Source of the DNA: an uncultured delta proteobacterium
GTDB taxonomy: Bacteria; Desulfobacterota; Desulfomonilia; Desulfomonilales; Desulfomonilaceae
Direction of reading: 5' to 3'
DNA: 64,000 nucleotides
Assembly (NCBI GenBank): GCA_963789265.1
Contig: CAWBKB010000004.1
Coordinates: forward strand, 224,001 to 288,000
Shown here: positions 38,596 to 49,510 of the stretch, one piece after another
Layout: the number at the start of each line of letters is the position of its first letter
How positions within the stretch are numbered: position 1 is the first letter of the stretch
Program-made: the position numbers and the translations under genes
Notes under the pieces: generated by a model
Seen by the model: the letters and a program-made list of their open reading frames with translations, nothing else
Database searches by the model: none
Told to the model about the DNA's origin: nothing

Positions 38596-38943
38596 TTACT
38601 CCGAGCCCTTGATCACCACGAGCAACATTTTGAATCGCTTTGCGGCTTGTAGAGAGTGGGAGACGTTTGCCGGCATGGCCACCACCTGGCCGGCTTTGAC
38701 GACCATCTCTTTGTCCGCGACGGTTATTGAGGCTTCGCCGTCCAGGATCTGGACAAAGGCGTCTCCAGCCGCAGTATGAGTGCTCAAACCCTCGCCTGCA
38801 TCAAAAGCAAACAGGGTAAGGCTCACGACACTATTCTGTGCGAAGGTGCGGCTCACCACACGCCCCCCTTCATAATCAACCAGTTCGACCAGGACTTGCG
38901 GCTCGGCAAACGGTATATTCTTCAAAAATTTACCCTGTTCCAT
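38596..38943 (-). CDS. Cupin-domain protein
   Basis: VVSRT, LFAFDAGEGLSTH, MPANVSH, FKMLL. Confidence 0.9.
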   Translation of the reverse strand: MEQGKFLKNIPFAEPQVLVELVDYEGGRVVSRTFAQNSVVSLTLFAFDAGEGLSTHTAAGDAFVQILDGEASITVADKEMVVKAGQVVAMPANVSHSLQAAKRFKMLLVVIKGSE

Positions 38944-39168
38944 TCTCGTTTCTCCTTTCTTCCCAATGGATCATTGAGGTCTAGGTCACGATGACGCTAA
39001 CGAGTGAGAAGCAAGACCCCATCGGAGTTGTTAAAAGACGATGATCATTTTCTTCGTCATTGCAACTTCTTCACCGCTCGTGACTGAATGCTTGACGAAG
39101 TATGGTATCTTACTTCTGATTTAGATTCTCCAACTGACAGTTGAGATAGAAAAATTTGCGAGATTGTC

Positions 39169-40375
39169 ATGAAACTTGAGCAGACTGAACTAAAAGCGAA
39201 TTCGAAAGTAGGAAGCGGCCGCGTGCAGAAGTTTGTCTTTCCCGGCGGGAAGCTCCGCGTCACGCAGATTACTACCTTTTGTCCCGATTACATTGGGCCG
39301 GGGCCCACGCACCTCTACCTGATCGAAAGCGATGCACTCATTTTGGTGGACGCGGGCATCCCGACAAACCTGGCGAAGTGGTTCTTTTACCACTGGCGTA
39401 ATCAACCCGTACCACCGGAGATTGAAGCGCTCCCACCAGATCACAGCGAACAGGAGCTATTGGGAGGGATCAAACTAGCGGGCTACTCTGTTCGGGACAT
39501 CGATCTTCTTGTGATTTCCCACGGCCACCCCGATCACTTTTCAATGGGCCACTCCATTCTCGACCGGAGCACTGCGGCTGTTTCGGCTCACATTCTCGAC
39601 ACACCACAGATTTGCAACCCCTGGGGGTTGCTCAGTTTCTGGTATTCCAGGCGGGGTCAGACGGTGGCTATTGGAATGCCCCCGCCTGCGTCCGCAGAGG
39701 AACCGGCCGAGGGGCGGGGGGTTGAGGGTTTGGACCTGAACTCGATGGGAATGGCGCTAAAAGTGAATTCACCGATCTTCGGTAACGGCCCTGTAAATCT
39801 GGCTGGATCGCCCATCCGGGGTTTGGGGGCAAAACACCTCCCAGGCCATTCGCCTGGGAGCATCGGCCTACTCGTGGGACAAAACGGGGAAGACAAGCTG
39901 CTTCTTTGCGGAGATGTGTTGCTGAGCCCGATAACTCCCCATCCAGATGACCTCCTGGAGTACTCTGCAAACTCTCGAGGAACTGTCAAAGGTGCAAAAC
40001 GTTGGTCTTACGCTGCCCGCTCATGGGGAGCCTATTCAATCGCTCAGGGAACGTGCGAATTTCTTGCAACATCACCATAAACAACGACTGAAAGTCACTT
40101 ATGAGGCTTGCGGTGAGCCCCGTTCCATCTGGGATATTGCGACTATGCCTGGTTACTTCGAAACTTATGTCGATCCGAACAAGTTTAATTTCCTCGCCGG
40201 AACAGAGGCTCTGGTGCACGTAGAACTTCTCAATATGGTCGGCGGTCTGAATCGTTGCTATATTCAAGACCAGGTGCATTATTTTCAAAAATCCGGGGAA
40301 CCCTTCGAGGATGTGTATTCCAGGATAGCGGCGCTTGTTGCCGATAAAAGGACGAATACGATTATGCGATATTAG
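39169..40375 (+). CDS. Metallo-beta-lactamase-fold hydrolase, +1 frameshift at about 39964
   Basis: SHGHPDH, PGHSPG, CGD, then LPAHG in the next frame. Confidence 0.85.
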
Positions 40376-40601
40376 TATTACGTCTCGGAAACAGCCGGAC
40401 GAACAGAAATTGTGTCTGAATGGCCGCGTTATGATCTGGTAGGCGAAACGCATCGGCTGTGGGACAGACGTGAATGATATTTTTTCACGCGACTCATACA
40501 GCCTCTGTCGGCGGGCAGGATGCCCACCCCACGGATGCAATATCCTGCGCGACTCGTGGAGCCGCCACATCGGCGATTCTGAATTACTGTGAGACAAGAC
40601 T

Positions 40602-41222
40602 ATGGCAAAGCGTTCCAGGGAGTCGAAGCTGATGGAAGAGCCTTCGGAAGTATTGTGTGAGGTTTGCACAAAGAAACGGGGAATTAATCTTAAGACACTG
40701 GAAGAAGTCATCATACTGGCTGTAGAAATAGCGCGGGAGGGTCGGGAAGGTAGAAGAATCGGAACCATGTTCGTGGTCTCCGATTCGGATGAAGTCCTGA
40801 AACGTTCCCAAAACTTGATCTTGGACCCACTCTACGGCCATCCCAACAACAAGAAGCGGCTGATCGATCCGGACGTGCGAGAAACTATCAAAGAGCTGGC
40901 TCAACTGGACGGGGCTTTTGTTGTCTCGGATGGGGGCGTCGTGTTGTCGGCTTCCCGGTTTCTGGACGCGCCCTCGGAGGGGATAAAGATCCCATTAGGC
41001 TTCGGAGCCCGTCACATGGCTGCAGCAGCTATAACCAAAGCCACGAAAGCAGTAGGTGTTGTGGTTTCGGAAAGTTCCGTGGTGAGAGTGTTCGACGATG
41101 GTGAGCTTGTTTCTGAAATAATTCCCGAGCTTTGGCTATTCAGCAGGTTCGGTCGTCATCTGATAGAGCCCTTTTCCAGGCGAACCGCTGAAAATTTAAC
41201 GGTGATCAGCAAGGCGGAGTGA
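40602..41222 (+). CDS. Diadenylate cyclase (DisA_N/DAC domain) protein
   Basis: REGREGRRIG, LDGA, GARHMAAA, VVSES. Confidence 0.85.
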   Translation: MAKRSRESKLMEEPSEVLCEVCTKKRGINLKTLEEVIILAVEIAREGREGRRIGTMFVVSDSDEVLKRSQNLILDPLYGHPNNKKRLIDPDVRETIKELAQLDGAFVVSDGGVVLSASRFLDAPSEGIKIPLGFGARHMAAAAITKATKAVGVVVSESSVVRVFDDGELVSEIIPELWLFSRFGRHLIEPFSRRTAENLTVISKAE

Positions 41223-41488
41223 TTCAGGCCTATGGGACGCCAAAGAATCGCTGCTTCCAGAGAGTGGCTCCTAGTCGCTCTGGACACGTCTCATCTCCGT
41301 CGAGCATTTCCGCCTTTCTACGGCCCGCCAAACTTGGTCCAAGGACAGGAGCGGGTTTAGAGCGATGATTCTCTTGACCTCGGTCCCTGCTCAGTGTACA
41401 GAGTATAAGTTTTAGAATGACGGATCGCTGAGATCAGCGGCTGTTCTATCTCAGCAGATCATTAATACCGCGCGTCGGAGGACAAATT

Positions 41489-42601
41489 ATGATTCCTGTA
41501 TGCGAACCGGTGCTTGACGGCCGAGAGATGAAATACGTAACGGAATGCATGGAGACCAACTGGATTTCCTCAGCCGGAAAATATATCTCCTTGTTCGAAG
41601 AAAAGTTCAGCCAATATTGCGGAGTTCCCTATGGAGTGGCGTGCAGCAACTGCACCACTGCTCTTCACATGTCTCTCGTAGCCTTGGACATCGGCCCCGG
41701 CGATGAGGTCATAATTCCTGACTTTACCCTGATTGTATCTGCCAACACTGTTATCTTGGCGGGAGCGCGCTCCGTGCTGGTGGACGTAGATTCGAAAACA
41801 TGGTGTATCGACGCGGCAATGATCGAGGCCAAGATAACCCCTCGGACCAAGGCCATAATGGTAGTCCACATGTACGGTCATCCTTGTGATATGGAAGCCA
41901 TCATGGAGATTGCGAGACGCCACAATCTTCTGGTGATCGAGGACTGTGCACAAGCGCATGGCGCGGAAGTAAACGGAAAGAAGGCCGGCAGTTTCGGGGA
42001 TGCCTCCTGCTTCAGCTTCTACGGCAACAAAATACTCACCACCGGTGAGGGTGGAATGGTGTTGTGCCGAGACGAGAAGCTTGCTGAAAGGCTACGCCTC
42101 TTGCGCAATCAAGGTTTTCAGGAGCCGCGTTTCGTGCATGATGTGGTGGCATTCAATTATCGCTTGACCAACATACAGGCCGCCATAGGAGTGGCTCAGA
42201 CGGAATTGGTTGATGAAAAGGTCGCACGCAAAAGATGGATCGGCCAAGTATACAATGAACTTCTCGCGGGGAACCCGGATCTCACTCTGCCTCACGAGGA
42301 GCCGTGGGCCAAGAATGTATACTGGATGTACGGTGTGTTGTTGGAAGATAGTTTTGGAGTAACTAAAGACGATCTGATGAGGAAATTAAAGGAAAAGGGA
42401 GTGGATACTCGGTCATTTTTCTGCCCCATGAGCATGCAACCTATATTTCAGGGCTCAGATTCTCGGTTCCCCGACGTGACCGGAGCTTATCCGGTTTCTG
42501 TAGATCTATGGAATCGAGGGCTTTACCTGCCTTCAGGTCTAGGTTTAACCCGGCCGCAAATGGAAGAGGTTGTCGAGAAGTTGTTTGCGTGCCGGGCGTG
42601 A
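41489..42601 (+). CDS. DegT/DnrJ-family PLP sugar aminotransferase (perosamine-synthase-like)
   Basis: WISSAG, VHMYGHP, IEDCAQAHG, FSFYGNKILTTGEGG. Confidence 0.92.
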   Translation: MIPVCEPVLDGREMKYVTECMETNWISSAGKYISLFEEKFSQYCGVPYGVACSNCTTALHMSLVALDIGPGDEVIIPDFTLIVSANTVILAGARSVLVDVDSKTWCIDAAMIEAKITPRTKAIMVVHMYGHPCDMEAIMEIARRHNLLVIEDCAQAHGAEVNGKKAGSFGDASCFSFYGNKILTTGEGGMVLCRDEKLAERLRLLRNQGFQEPRFVHDVVAFNYRLTNIQAAIGVAQTELVDEKVARKRWIGQVYNELLAGNPDLTLPHEEPWAKNVYWMYGVLLEDSFGVTKDDLMRKLKEKGVDTRSFFCPMSMQPIFQGSDSRFPDVTGAYPVSVDLWNRGLYLPSGLGLTRPQMEEVVEKLFACRA

Positions 42602-42631
42602 GAGGGCCGTGCTCGAATTTATGAAATGGAG

Positions 42632-42787
42632 CGCTCTGTTTCATAAATTTGACCGCGTATTTTCACGGTTGGGATTGCTTCGTCGTTTCACTCCTCGCAA
42701 TGACATTCCCACTACCTGTCATTGCGAGCGCAGCGAAGCAATCTTCTTCCCGGGTTGTTAATGTCACCGTATTTGCGAAATGGAGTA
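42632..42787. mobile_element. TAAATWCGGT-family MITE-like element containing GTCATTGCGAG-type REP hairpins
   Basis: Right end ACCGTATTTGCGAAATGGAGTA followed by CTTAG; internal GATTGCTTCG...CGCAATGAC and GTCATTGCGAG...GCAATC. Confidence 0.6.
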
Positions 42788-42813
42788 CTTAGCATTCATT
42801 CGGAGGTGTTTGA

Positions 42814-43527
42814 GTGGAACGAGATGCCCGGATCTCTATTGTGCTAGCCACTTACAATGAACGCGAAAATATTGTTGACACGATTCAAAGTATTTTCGAT
42901 CACGTGAAAGATCCTGTGGAAGTCATTGTTGTCGATGACGATTCCGCGGACGAGACATGGCAACTAGTGGAAAATCTTCAAGATCCCCGCATTGTGGTCA
43001 TCCGCCGGGTAGACACGCGCGGTTTGGCATCGGCGTTCAATCGGGGCATCATAGAATCGCGCGGTGAAATTGTCGGCTGGCTGGATGCCGACATGTGCAT
43101 GCCCCCGTCGATGTTGCCGGGGATGATCGACAAATTGAATGAGTACGACATCGTAATCGGGTCGCGTTATGCCCTGGGCGGAAAGGACGACAGGGCTGCA
43201 CTTCGTGTCATATCGAGCCGCTTGATCAACGGCCTGGCCGGATTGGTATTGGGATACGGAATCAAAGATTACGACAGCGGCTTCGTCGTTTTGCGAAGAA
43301 CCGTGTTTAACAAGGTTTCGATTATCCCTACAGGATATGGCGCTTATTTTATGGAATTTCTGTACACCTGTCGCAAGAAGGGCTTGACGGTTTGCGAGAT
43401 ACCGTACGTGTTTCGTGATCGAGCGAAAGGAATATCCAAATCAGCCCCCAGCATATACAGATTCTTCAAGACGGGCATGCAATACGTCATCCGCATATTT
43501 ATAGCCCGCCTGCGCAGGATTGACTGA
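42814..43527 (+). CDS. Polyprenol-phosphate glycosyltransferase (Dpm1-like GT2)
   Basis: TYNERENI, VVDDDSAD, LDAD, IGSRY, DRAKGISK. Confidence 0.88.
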   Translation: MERDARISIVLATYNERENIVDTIQSIFDHVKDPVEVIVVDDDSADETWQLVENLQDPRIVVIRRVDTRGLASAFNRGIIESRGEIVGWLDADMCMPPSMLPGMIDKLNEYDIVIGSRYALGGKDDRAALRVISSRLINGLAGLVLGYGIKDYDSGFVVLRRTVFNKVSIIPTGYGAYFMEFLYTCRKKGLTVCEIPYVFRDRAKGISKSAPSIYRFFKTGMQYVIRIFIARLRRID

Positions 43528-43901
43528 TGGAGCATGAGATACTGAATCCTTCTTTCGAACGAATCGACGATCGAGGAACATTTCGGGAGGTACTAAACGG
43601 CGGTCATTGGGAGGCTTTGATCTGCGGCCGCATGAAGCCCGACGCTGTGATGGGCAATCATTATCACAAAAGAACAGTGATTTTTTTCTGTGTTACCAGT
43701 GGCTCGGCGAAGATCGCTACAATCCATGTGGAAACCGGGGAAAGGGATGCTTTCTTATTGAAATCCGGTGAAGGCGTGATCTTGAACACTAACGAATCAC
43801 ACGCAATTCGATTCATTGACGAGTCGGATTTTGTCATGCTCAAGTCGCTAAGGTACGACCCTGCCGATCCCGACACCTATAAGTACCCTGTAAAGGAATG
43901 A
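43527..43901 (+). CDS. Cupin-fold NDP-sugar isomerase/epimerase-like protein
   Basis: DDRG, GNHYHK, ESHA; lies in a sugar operon. Confidence 0.75.
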   Translation: MEHEILNPSFERIDDRGTFREVLNGGHWEALICGRMKPDAVMGNHYHKRTVIFFCVTSGSAKIATIHVETGERDAFLLKSGEGVILNTNESHAIRFIDESDFVMLKSLRYDPADPDTYKYPVKE

Positions 43902-43908
43902 CTTTTCA

Positions 43909-44665
43909 TTGGAATCCCACGAGTATCAAACCTTATTCGATCTGGAGCCCTCTTACTGGTGGTTCAGGGGGCTTCATCTGATGATCTTGGACACATTATC
44001 CGCGTTGGGACTTGAGGGCCAAGATCCGGTTTCTGGACGCGGGGTGCGGCACGGGACAGAACCTCATCAACATTGGCCGGCAAGTCTCTTCCCGAGCTTA
44101 TGGGTTCGACGTATCGCCCGAGGCCGCTCTCTTTTGCAAGAAGAGAGAGCTTACAAATATATGCCGCGCCTCGATCAACGATATGCCGTTTGCCTCGGAG
44201 ACTTTCTCGGCTGTTGTTTCCATAGACGTGTTTGAATGCGATTCAGTGCTCGAGGACAAGGCATACGGTGAAATCTGGAGAGTGCTGAAACCCGGGGGTT
44301 ACCTGGTTCTGGTCGTCCCTGCGTATGAGTGGCTCATGAGCTCGGAACATCACAAGGCGGTTCACGCCTCTAGACGATATTCAAAAAGCGGGCTGGCGGC
44401 CTTGATCTCAAAACGCCCGGTGCAAGTGATTCGCATGACACACCTTTTCGCGTCGCTCTTTCCCCTTATAGCCTCTTATCGCCTGGTGCTCCGCTTAGTG
44501 GCCGGGAATTCTGATGGACCACCTCGATCTGAACTCAAGCCGATGCACCCTGCGTTCAACAGTTTGCTTTTCGGTATTGTTAAGGCCGAACGTCAGTTCC
44601 TCCGGCTGACAGATCTTCCATTCGGTAGTTCCATAATGGCTGTTGTTCGGAAAGTTGGTCGCTGA
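43909..44665 (+). CDS. Class I SAM methyltransferase, +1 frameshift near 44012
   Basis: EY...LEPSYWWFRG N-terminus, then LDAGCGTG, RVLKPGG, VPAY and LPFGSS in the next frame. Confidence 0.83.
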
Positions 44666-45273
44666 TGGGCGACAAGTCGTGGCAACTTGGGGCCCCCGGC
44701 TCCCTAACCTACCGATTGTACGACGCGTTGCGGAATCAACTGAACGGCAAACTGGTAAGTTATCTCCGGGGCCGCGGAATAAACCATGGCAAGTGCAAAG
44801 TGCTGGAAGCGGGCTCGGGACCTGCCTTTGCATCCTCGATTCTTGCGCAGGACAAACGGGTGGAACTCTGTGTGGCAGTTGACCTTGACATTGAGGCACT
44901 GCATGAAGCGCGCCGCCGCGATCCAGGTTTATGTCTGGTTGTCGCAGACGTGCGCAATCTGCCCTTCAAGACCGAAACGTTCGATCTTTCCTGGAACAGC
45001 AGCACCGTCGAACATCTGCCAATCCCTTGTACTGCCGTATCCGAGATGGCACGTGTCACGCGGAAAGGCGGAAAGGTCTTCGTGGGTGTCCCGAATGTTT
45101 ACGGCCCGTTGGGATTCGAACGTTGGATTCGGGAGACTTCGGTGGGCATCTGGATTGGACAGACTTTTACCGGCTCCGAGCTAAAAGAAGTGCTAATGCA
45201 GTCAGGACTCAAGCCGCAACACTCGCTCTTCTATTTCTTCCGCTTTTTTGTCGGTATGCTTGCAGAAAAATAA
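44665..45273 (+). CDS. Class I SAM methyltransferase
   Basis: VLEAGSG, ADVRNLPF, EH, EMARV, VPN. Confidence 0.87.
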   Translation: MGDKSWQLGAPGSLTYRLYDALRNQLNGKLVSYLRGRGINHGKCKVLEAGSGPAFASSILAQDKRVELCVAVDLDIEALHEARRRDPGLCLVVADVRNLPFKTETFDLSWNSSTVEHLPIPCTAVSEMARVTRKGGKVFVGVPNVYGPLGFERWIRETSVGIWIGQTFTGSELKEVLMQSGLKPQHSLFYFFRFFVGMLAEK

Positions 45274-45532
45274 CATGGCGTTCCCGTCGTAGCGAATGAC
45301 GCGATTTCCCCGCGATTTGCGGGGATAACCGCATCCTTATATGTTATTCCACCCTGAATCGGGGTGCCGTAGGCGCTGACTCAAGGCCAGTCTGTTGTTT
45401 TTGAAAGGGGCCAAGGGCCTTCAAAGTCCACCTTTTCTAAAGTGGGATTTTGGGGTATAGGCGTTAAAACAAAGCATCCCTTGCAACCTTATGAGCCCCA
45501 GGGGGGCGCCGAGATAGTAGCCCGGCGCTTCA

Positions 45533-47208
45533 GAAACTGTCTCAAAAGTCGATTTTGGGCTCGCGATTCTCAACCGATTCTACTAATGAGATGTGAAAAG
45601 AGAATCGGAGAGGGAAAGGATTATGCCGCAAATCAGAGCCGACTACAAGCAGGTGTTTCTGCTTCCGCCCGCTATAGATGACTGGATAGGGCCTGATCAT
45701 CCAGCGCGCTTCATAGGAGACTTTGTGGATTCCTTGGATTTGGAGGTGCTGGGTTTTCGAGTTCCGAATGGCGAAACGGGCCGTCCTCCCTATAGTACCG
45801 ATCTTTTGTTGAAGGCATGGCTCTACGGCTATTTCAGCAGAATCAGGTCATCGCGCAAGCTTGAGAAGGCATGCATGGAGAACATGGGATTGATTTGGCT
45901 GACGGGTATGAATGCAGCGGATCATAATACCCTGTGGCGATTCTGGAGGGACAACAAGAAGGTTTTCAAGGGAATATTCAAACAATCGGTTCAAGTGGCA
46001 GTCAAAGCCGAGTTGATAGGTATGGCGGTTCATGCATTGGATGGAACCAAGATCCCTGTCGGATCATCTCGGGAGAAGTTCAAGAACCAAGATCAGTTGG
46101 AGCGGATGCTTGAGAATTTGGACAAGTGCGTTGCCGACGTCATGACGGAGACAGAGAGGTGCGAGCAAGAGGAGGGTGGCGAATGGCGTCTTCCCGAAGC
46201 CCTGCAGGACGAGTTGAAACGCAAGGAGCGGATACAGAAGGCCTTGCAGGAATTGGATAAGACTGACAAGAAGGTCGTCCATCCCTGCGAGCCGGATGCC
46301 CGGTACATGAAGAACCGGCGGTCTACTGAGCCCTCTTACAATGCTCAAGCGGTGGCAGACCAACAAAGCGGCATGATTGTGGCTGAGGAAGTGGTCGACG
46401 AAGGCAATGACAATGGGCAGCTTGTTCCCATGCTGGATCGAGTTCAGGAAAATTTGGGCGCAACCGCAGAGGAAACCGTGGCGGACGCAGGATACTTCGC
46501 ATCGGCTCAAATCGCGTTGGCCGAAGAGAAGGAGTACGAGGTCTTGGTCGCCAAGTCGTCGGGAGAGTCCGCTGCGGAAAAAGGCGCTCAATGGGACCCT
46601 TATCACGCTTCCCAGTTCGTCTACGACCAAGAGCGAGACGTCTGTATTTGTCCGCAAGGCGCATCGCTGAACTTTCTTCAGAAGAAAGTCACAGGAAAAA
46701 ACGGAAACGAGATCCGGCGGTATCGATGCCGGGACTACTTGACGTGTCCTGAACGGTGGAAGTGCAGCAAGAGCAAGAATGGCCGTCTCATAGACATTAA
46801 CATCTATCGTGACGCAGTTGAGCGCCACCGCAAGAAACGGGAGGTCCCGGAAAGCAAGACGCTACTCCGAGCCCGCAAGGTGATCATTGAGCCGGTCTTT
46901 GCATGGATAAAGAGCCACTTGGACTTTAGACGGTGGACCGTGTCCGGATTATCCAATGCGAGGGCTCAATGGTCTTTGATGTGCGCCACCTTGAATCTCA
47001 AGAAGCTCTACAGCCATTGGCTGACGGGGCGTCTGGTGCTAACCGCGGCCTAAGACATCAGGACGGAGAGTGACTCATGGCTGCCTGAGGCATACTCATA
47101 GCCGGCCCCGGCTCGTCGGAGACAAGGGAGGCCAAGGTGCGAGATTAACCGCACCCTACCACCCCGAGAGTCGTCATCGTGCCACTACAACCGTTTTGAG
47201 ACACTCTC
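45533..47208 (+). mobile_element. Complete IS1182-family insertion sequence (1676 bp)
   Basis: Ends GAAACTGTCTCAAAA / TTTTGAGACACTCTC; 4-bp duplication TTCA at 45529-45532 and 47209-47212. Confidence 0.88.
45623..47053 (+). CDS. IS1182-family transposase
   Basis: GRPPY, YGY..IRSSRKLE, LDGTKI, YNAQ, ADAGY, IEPVF...NLKK. Confidence 0.93.
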   Translation: MPQIRADYKQVFLLPPAIDDWIGPDHPARFIGDFVDSLDLEVLGFRVPNGETGRPPYSTDLLLKAWLYGYFSRIRSSRKLEKACMENMGLIWLTGMNAADHNTLWRFWRDNKKVFKGIFKQSVQVAVKAELIGMAVHALDGTKIPVGSSREKFKNQDQLERMLENLDKCVADVMTETERCEQEEGGEWRLPEALQDELKRKERIQKALQELDKTDKKVVHPCEPDARYMKNRRSTEPSYNAQAVADQQSGMIVAEEVVDEGNDNGQLVPMLDRVQENLGATAEETVADAGYFASAQIALAEEKEYEVLVAKSSGESAAEKGAQWDPYHASQFVYDQERDVCICPQGASLNFLQKKVTGKNGNEIRRYRCRDYLTCPERWKCSKSKNGRLIDINIYRDAVERHRKKREVPESKTLLRARKVIIEPVFAWIKSHLDFRRWTVSGLSNARAQWSLMCATLNLKKLYSHWLTGRLVLTAA

Positions 47209-47486
47209 TTCATTGCCGGGTAAGGGACCAATTATGTACTGGTTCTGCGTCCCATAGGGACGCTTGAAAGATTGATTTCTAGGATGACATTCGGGCGTCC
47301 CTATGGGACGCAGAGGTTCTCCATTGACTCTTTTCCCGGCGCTGAAGCACCGGTCTACTATCAAAACGTCCCTACGGGACAACCGCGTAGTGGCCAACGG
47401 ATGAACGCATTTAAGCGCCTATGGGTTAAAGAGGATTTTCTCAAAATTTGGAACGCGAATAGGTAGAGACTTTCTTGCAAAGAAGT

Positions 47487-48779
47487 CTACGCCACACTTG
47501 CCGCCTTGAATGCAACGTCTCCTGATTCCTCCTGGACCAAGGCTTCCGCAACCAGGTTCGAAAGAAATTCCACCTTGACCCCCAATTCGTAATGCTCGTT
47601 GAGATCGGAAAGCTGACTGTAACAGTTCTCGCACGCGGTGCAAAGGATCCGGGCCCCGGTGGCCTTGACCTGGTCGGCCTTGACCTTGGCAGACTTCATC
47701 CGGAAATCTTTCTCACCGATAACCACAAGCCCGCCGCCGCCACCACAACACCAGTTCGCCTGACGATTTGGCTGCATTTCCACAAAGTCGGCGCTGAGGC
47801 TCCTCAAGATTTCCCGAGGTTGCTCGTAAATCCCTCCGTTTCGTGCGATCTGGCACGGATCGTGGTACGTGATTCTCCCGTTTGTCTTGGACTTGTCCAA
47901 CTTGATGCGCCCTTCTCTCAAATAGCGAGCGATCAGCTCTACAAAAGTGATGACTTTGAACGGATGCTCACCTGTCATGTGCCTCATAACGCGATAGGCA
48001 GTGCCGCATTCGCAGATGGCCACTTCGGGAACCTCTAGGCGAACGGCTTCGTCAACGATCCGTTGGGCAATCTCTTTTGTCTTCTTGGGGTGTCCGACGA
48101 ATGCGCCGAAGTTGACTGCCTCGAAGTAGCTGAGCGACCATTTTTCGCCCGCTGCGTTCATGATAGCGGCCGCGGGAATAATCGAGTGCTTTCCGGCAAG
48201 TGCCACGTAAAGCACGTTTGCTCCCTTGACGTCCAGCGGGATGGCATCCGCGCCGGCTTCACCGCGCCACTTTTCAATCACCTCGGCTTCAAGCTTGTGC
48301 ACTGCCTCGCCAAAATTCGCTTTGGTGGCCTCAATATTTTCACCCTTGGCAATCGACACGTCTGCAAGCATGCTCAGCACTTTCGGTTCCATATCCGCAC
48401 CAATGAGCATTAACTTTGCAATGGACTGGATGAGCTGCGTGTCAATGCCGAATGGGCAAAATGTCATACAACGACGACAGCCCGTGCAAGTGTATGCGGT
48501 CTCGTTGACCTTCTCCATCCAATAGTCGTCCAGTTCCACCGCTTCGTTGAGCCAGGGCGCTATCTTTCCCGAAAACTTGAAGTACTTTTCGTAGAGTCGG
48601 CGTATGTTCTGTGCTCGGCCCACTGCCGTGTAACGCGTCTCCGGAGACGAGGCGTAAACATGGCATGCCTCAACGCACATGCCACAGCGCGAACAATTCT
48701 CCAGATACATGCGCGCCGCTCGGTTAAGTTTACCCGAGAAGAGTTCAAGCAGTTGTCGGCGTTTTTCATGGTCCATCAT
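47487..48779 (-). CDS. Fe-S oxidoreductase, HdrD/DsrK/HmcF-like (ferredoxin plus CCG domains)
   Basis: CSRCGMCVEAC, CTGCRRCMTFCP, ECG, YHDPC, WCCGGGGG, CENC; start overlaps the upstream TAA. Confidence 0.88.
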   Translation of the reverse strand: MMDHEKRRQLLELFSGKLNRAARMYLENCSRCGMCVEACHVYASSPETRYTAVGRAQNIRRLYEKYFKFSGKIAPWLNEAVELDDYWMEKVNETAYTCTGCRRCMTFCPFGIDTQLIQSIAKLMLIGADMEPKVLSMLADVSIAKGENIEATKANFGEAVHKLEAEVIEKWRGEAGADAIPLDVKGANVLYVALAGKHSIIPAAAIMNAAGEKWSLSYFEAVNFGAFVGHPKKTKEIAQRIVDEAVRLEVPEVAICECGTAYRVMRHMTGEHPFKVITFVELIARYLREGRIKLDKSKTNGRITYHDPCQIARNGGIYEQPREILRSLSADFVEMQPNRQANWCCGGGGGLVVIGEKDFRMKSAKVKADQVKATGARILCTACENCYSQLSDLNEHYELGVKVEFLSNLVAEALVQEESGDVAFKAASVA

Positions 48780-49492
48780 TAAGCCCTCCGCAGCAGGTTC
48801 AGCGGCACTGCAAAGAAACTGTGCATTATCTTGCTGAACGGTAGAATCATGAGGAACAAGTTGGCCAGTAACACGTGCGTTCCGACGATCACATAGTGAG
48901 AACCCGAGAGCATGGTGCGGGGGTCTGCAAATGTGAACGTGACGAGGTTGCTCAGATAGGAGCCCAGGTCCTGTTTGGTGATGACAAAACCATCCGGGCT
49001 CCAGGAATTTCCCCAACTGACAACGTCACCGGTAAGGAAGATGCAAAACAGCAGGCACAAAATCAGATAGTCGGCAGGGACAGACAAGTCCCGTACTGGC
49101 GTGCGGAAGCGGCGCAATAGGAAATAGATCACGGATATGGTGAGCACTACCCCCACAGCTCCGTGGCCGATCATGTCCGGAGAATCCGGACTCGTAAGCC
49201 GCAATTGAGGTATCAGATCGAGGTGCGAGATTATGAGTAACGCGATGGCTCCATGGAAGGCCAACAGGAAAACCCAAAATACCGGCTTGTGCTTTCTGAC
49301 GGAAGGCATGGTAAATGCGTCCTTTACAGCGGCCAGAAAGGGGGTCTTGCTCTCAGGGAATATTTTCAGCGTATTCGGCATCTCGGGGGCCCGTACAATG
49401 CCGATGACTTTTGCCGTGATGCCCACAATGCACCAGACAAATGCCAGATATACCATGGGCACCATGATGAGATAAAAGATTTTGTCTATCAT
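48779..49492 (-). CDS. NarI/DsrM/HmcE-like membrane cytochrome b subunit
   Basis: Five TMs with His ligands (FHG..SH; TH...PFSKIMH). Confidence 0.85.
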   Translation of the reverse strand: MIDKIFYLIMVPMVYLAFVWCIVGITAKVIGIVRAPEMPNTLKIFPESKTPFLAAVKDAFTMPSVRKHKPVFWVFLLAFHGAIALLIISHLDLIPQLRLTSPDSPDMIGHGAVGVVLTISVIYFLLRRFRTPVRDLSVPADYLILCLLFCIFLTGDVVSWGNSWSPDGFVITKQDLGSYLSNLVTFTFADPRTMLSGSHYVIVGTHVLLANLFLMILPFSKIMHSFFAVPLNLLRRA

Positions 49493-49510
49493 GACTCATT
49501 CTCGTACCGG

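Larger units (their letters stand above)
45493..47390. repeat. REP-like repeat (CGTCCC..GGGACG type) split by the IS1182
   Basis: GTAGCCCGGCGC TTCA | IS | TTCA TTGCCGGG, followed by CGTCCCATAGGGACG, CGTCCCTATGGGACG and CGTCCCTACGGGAC. Confidence 0.7.
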
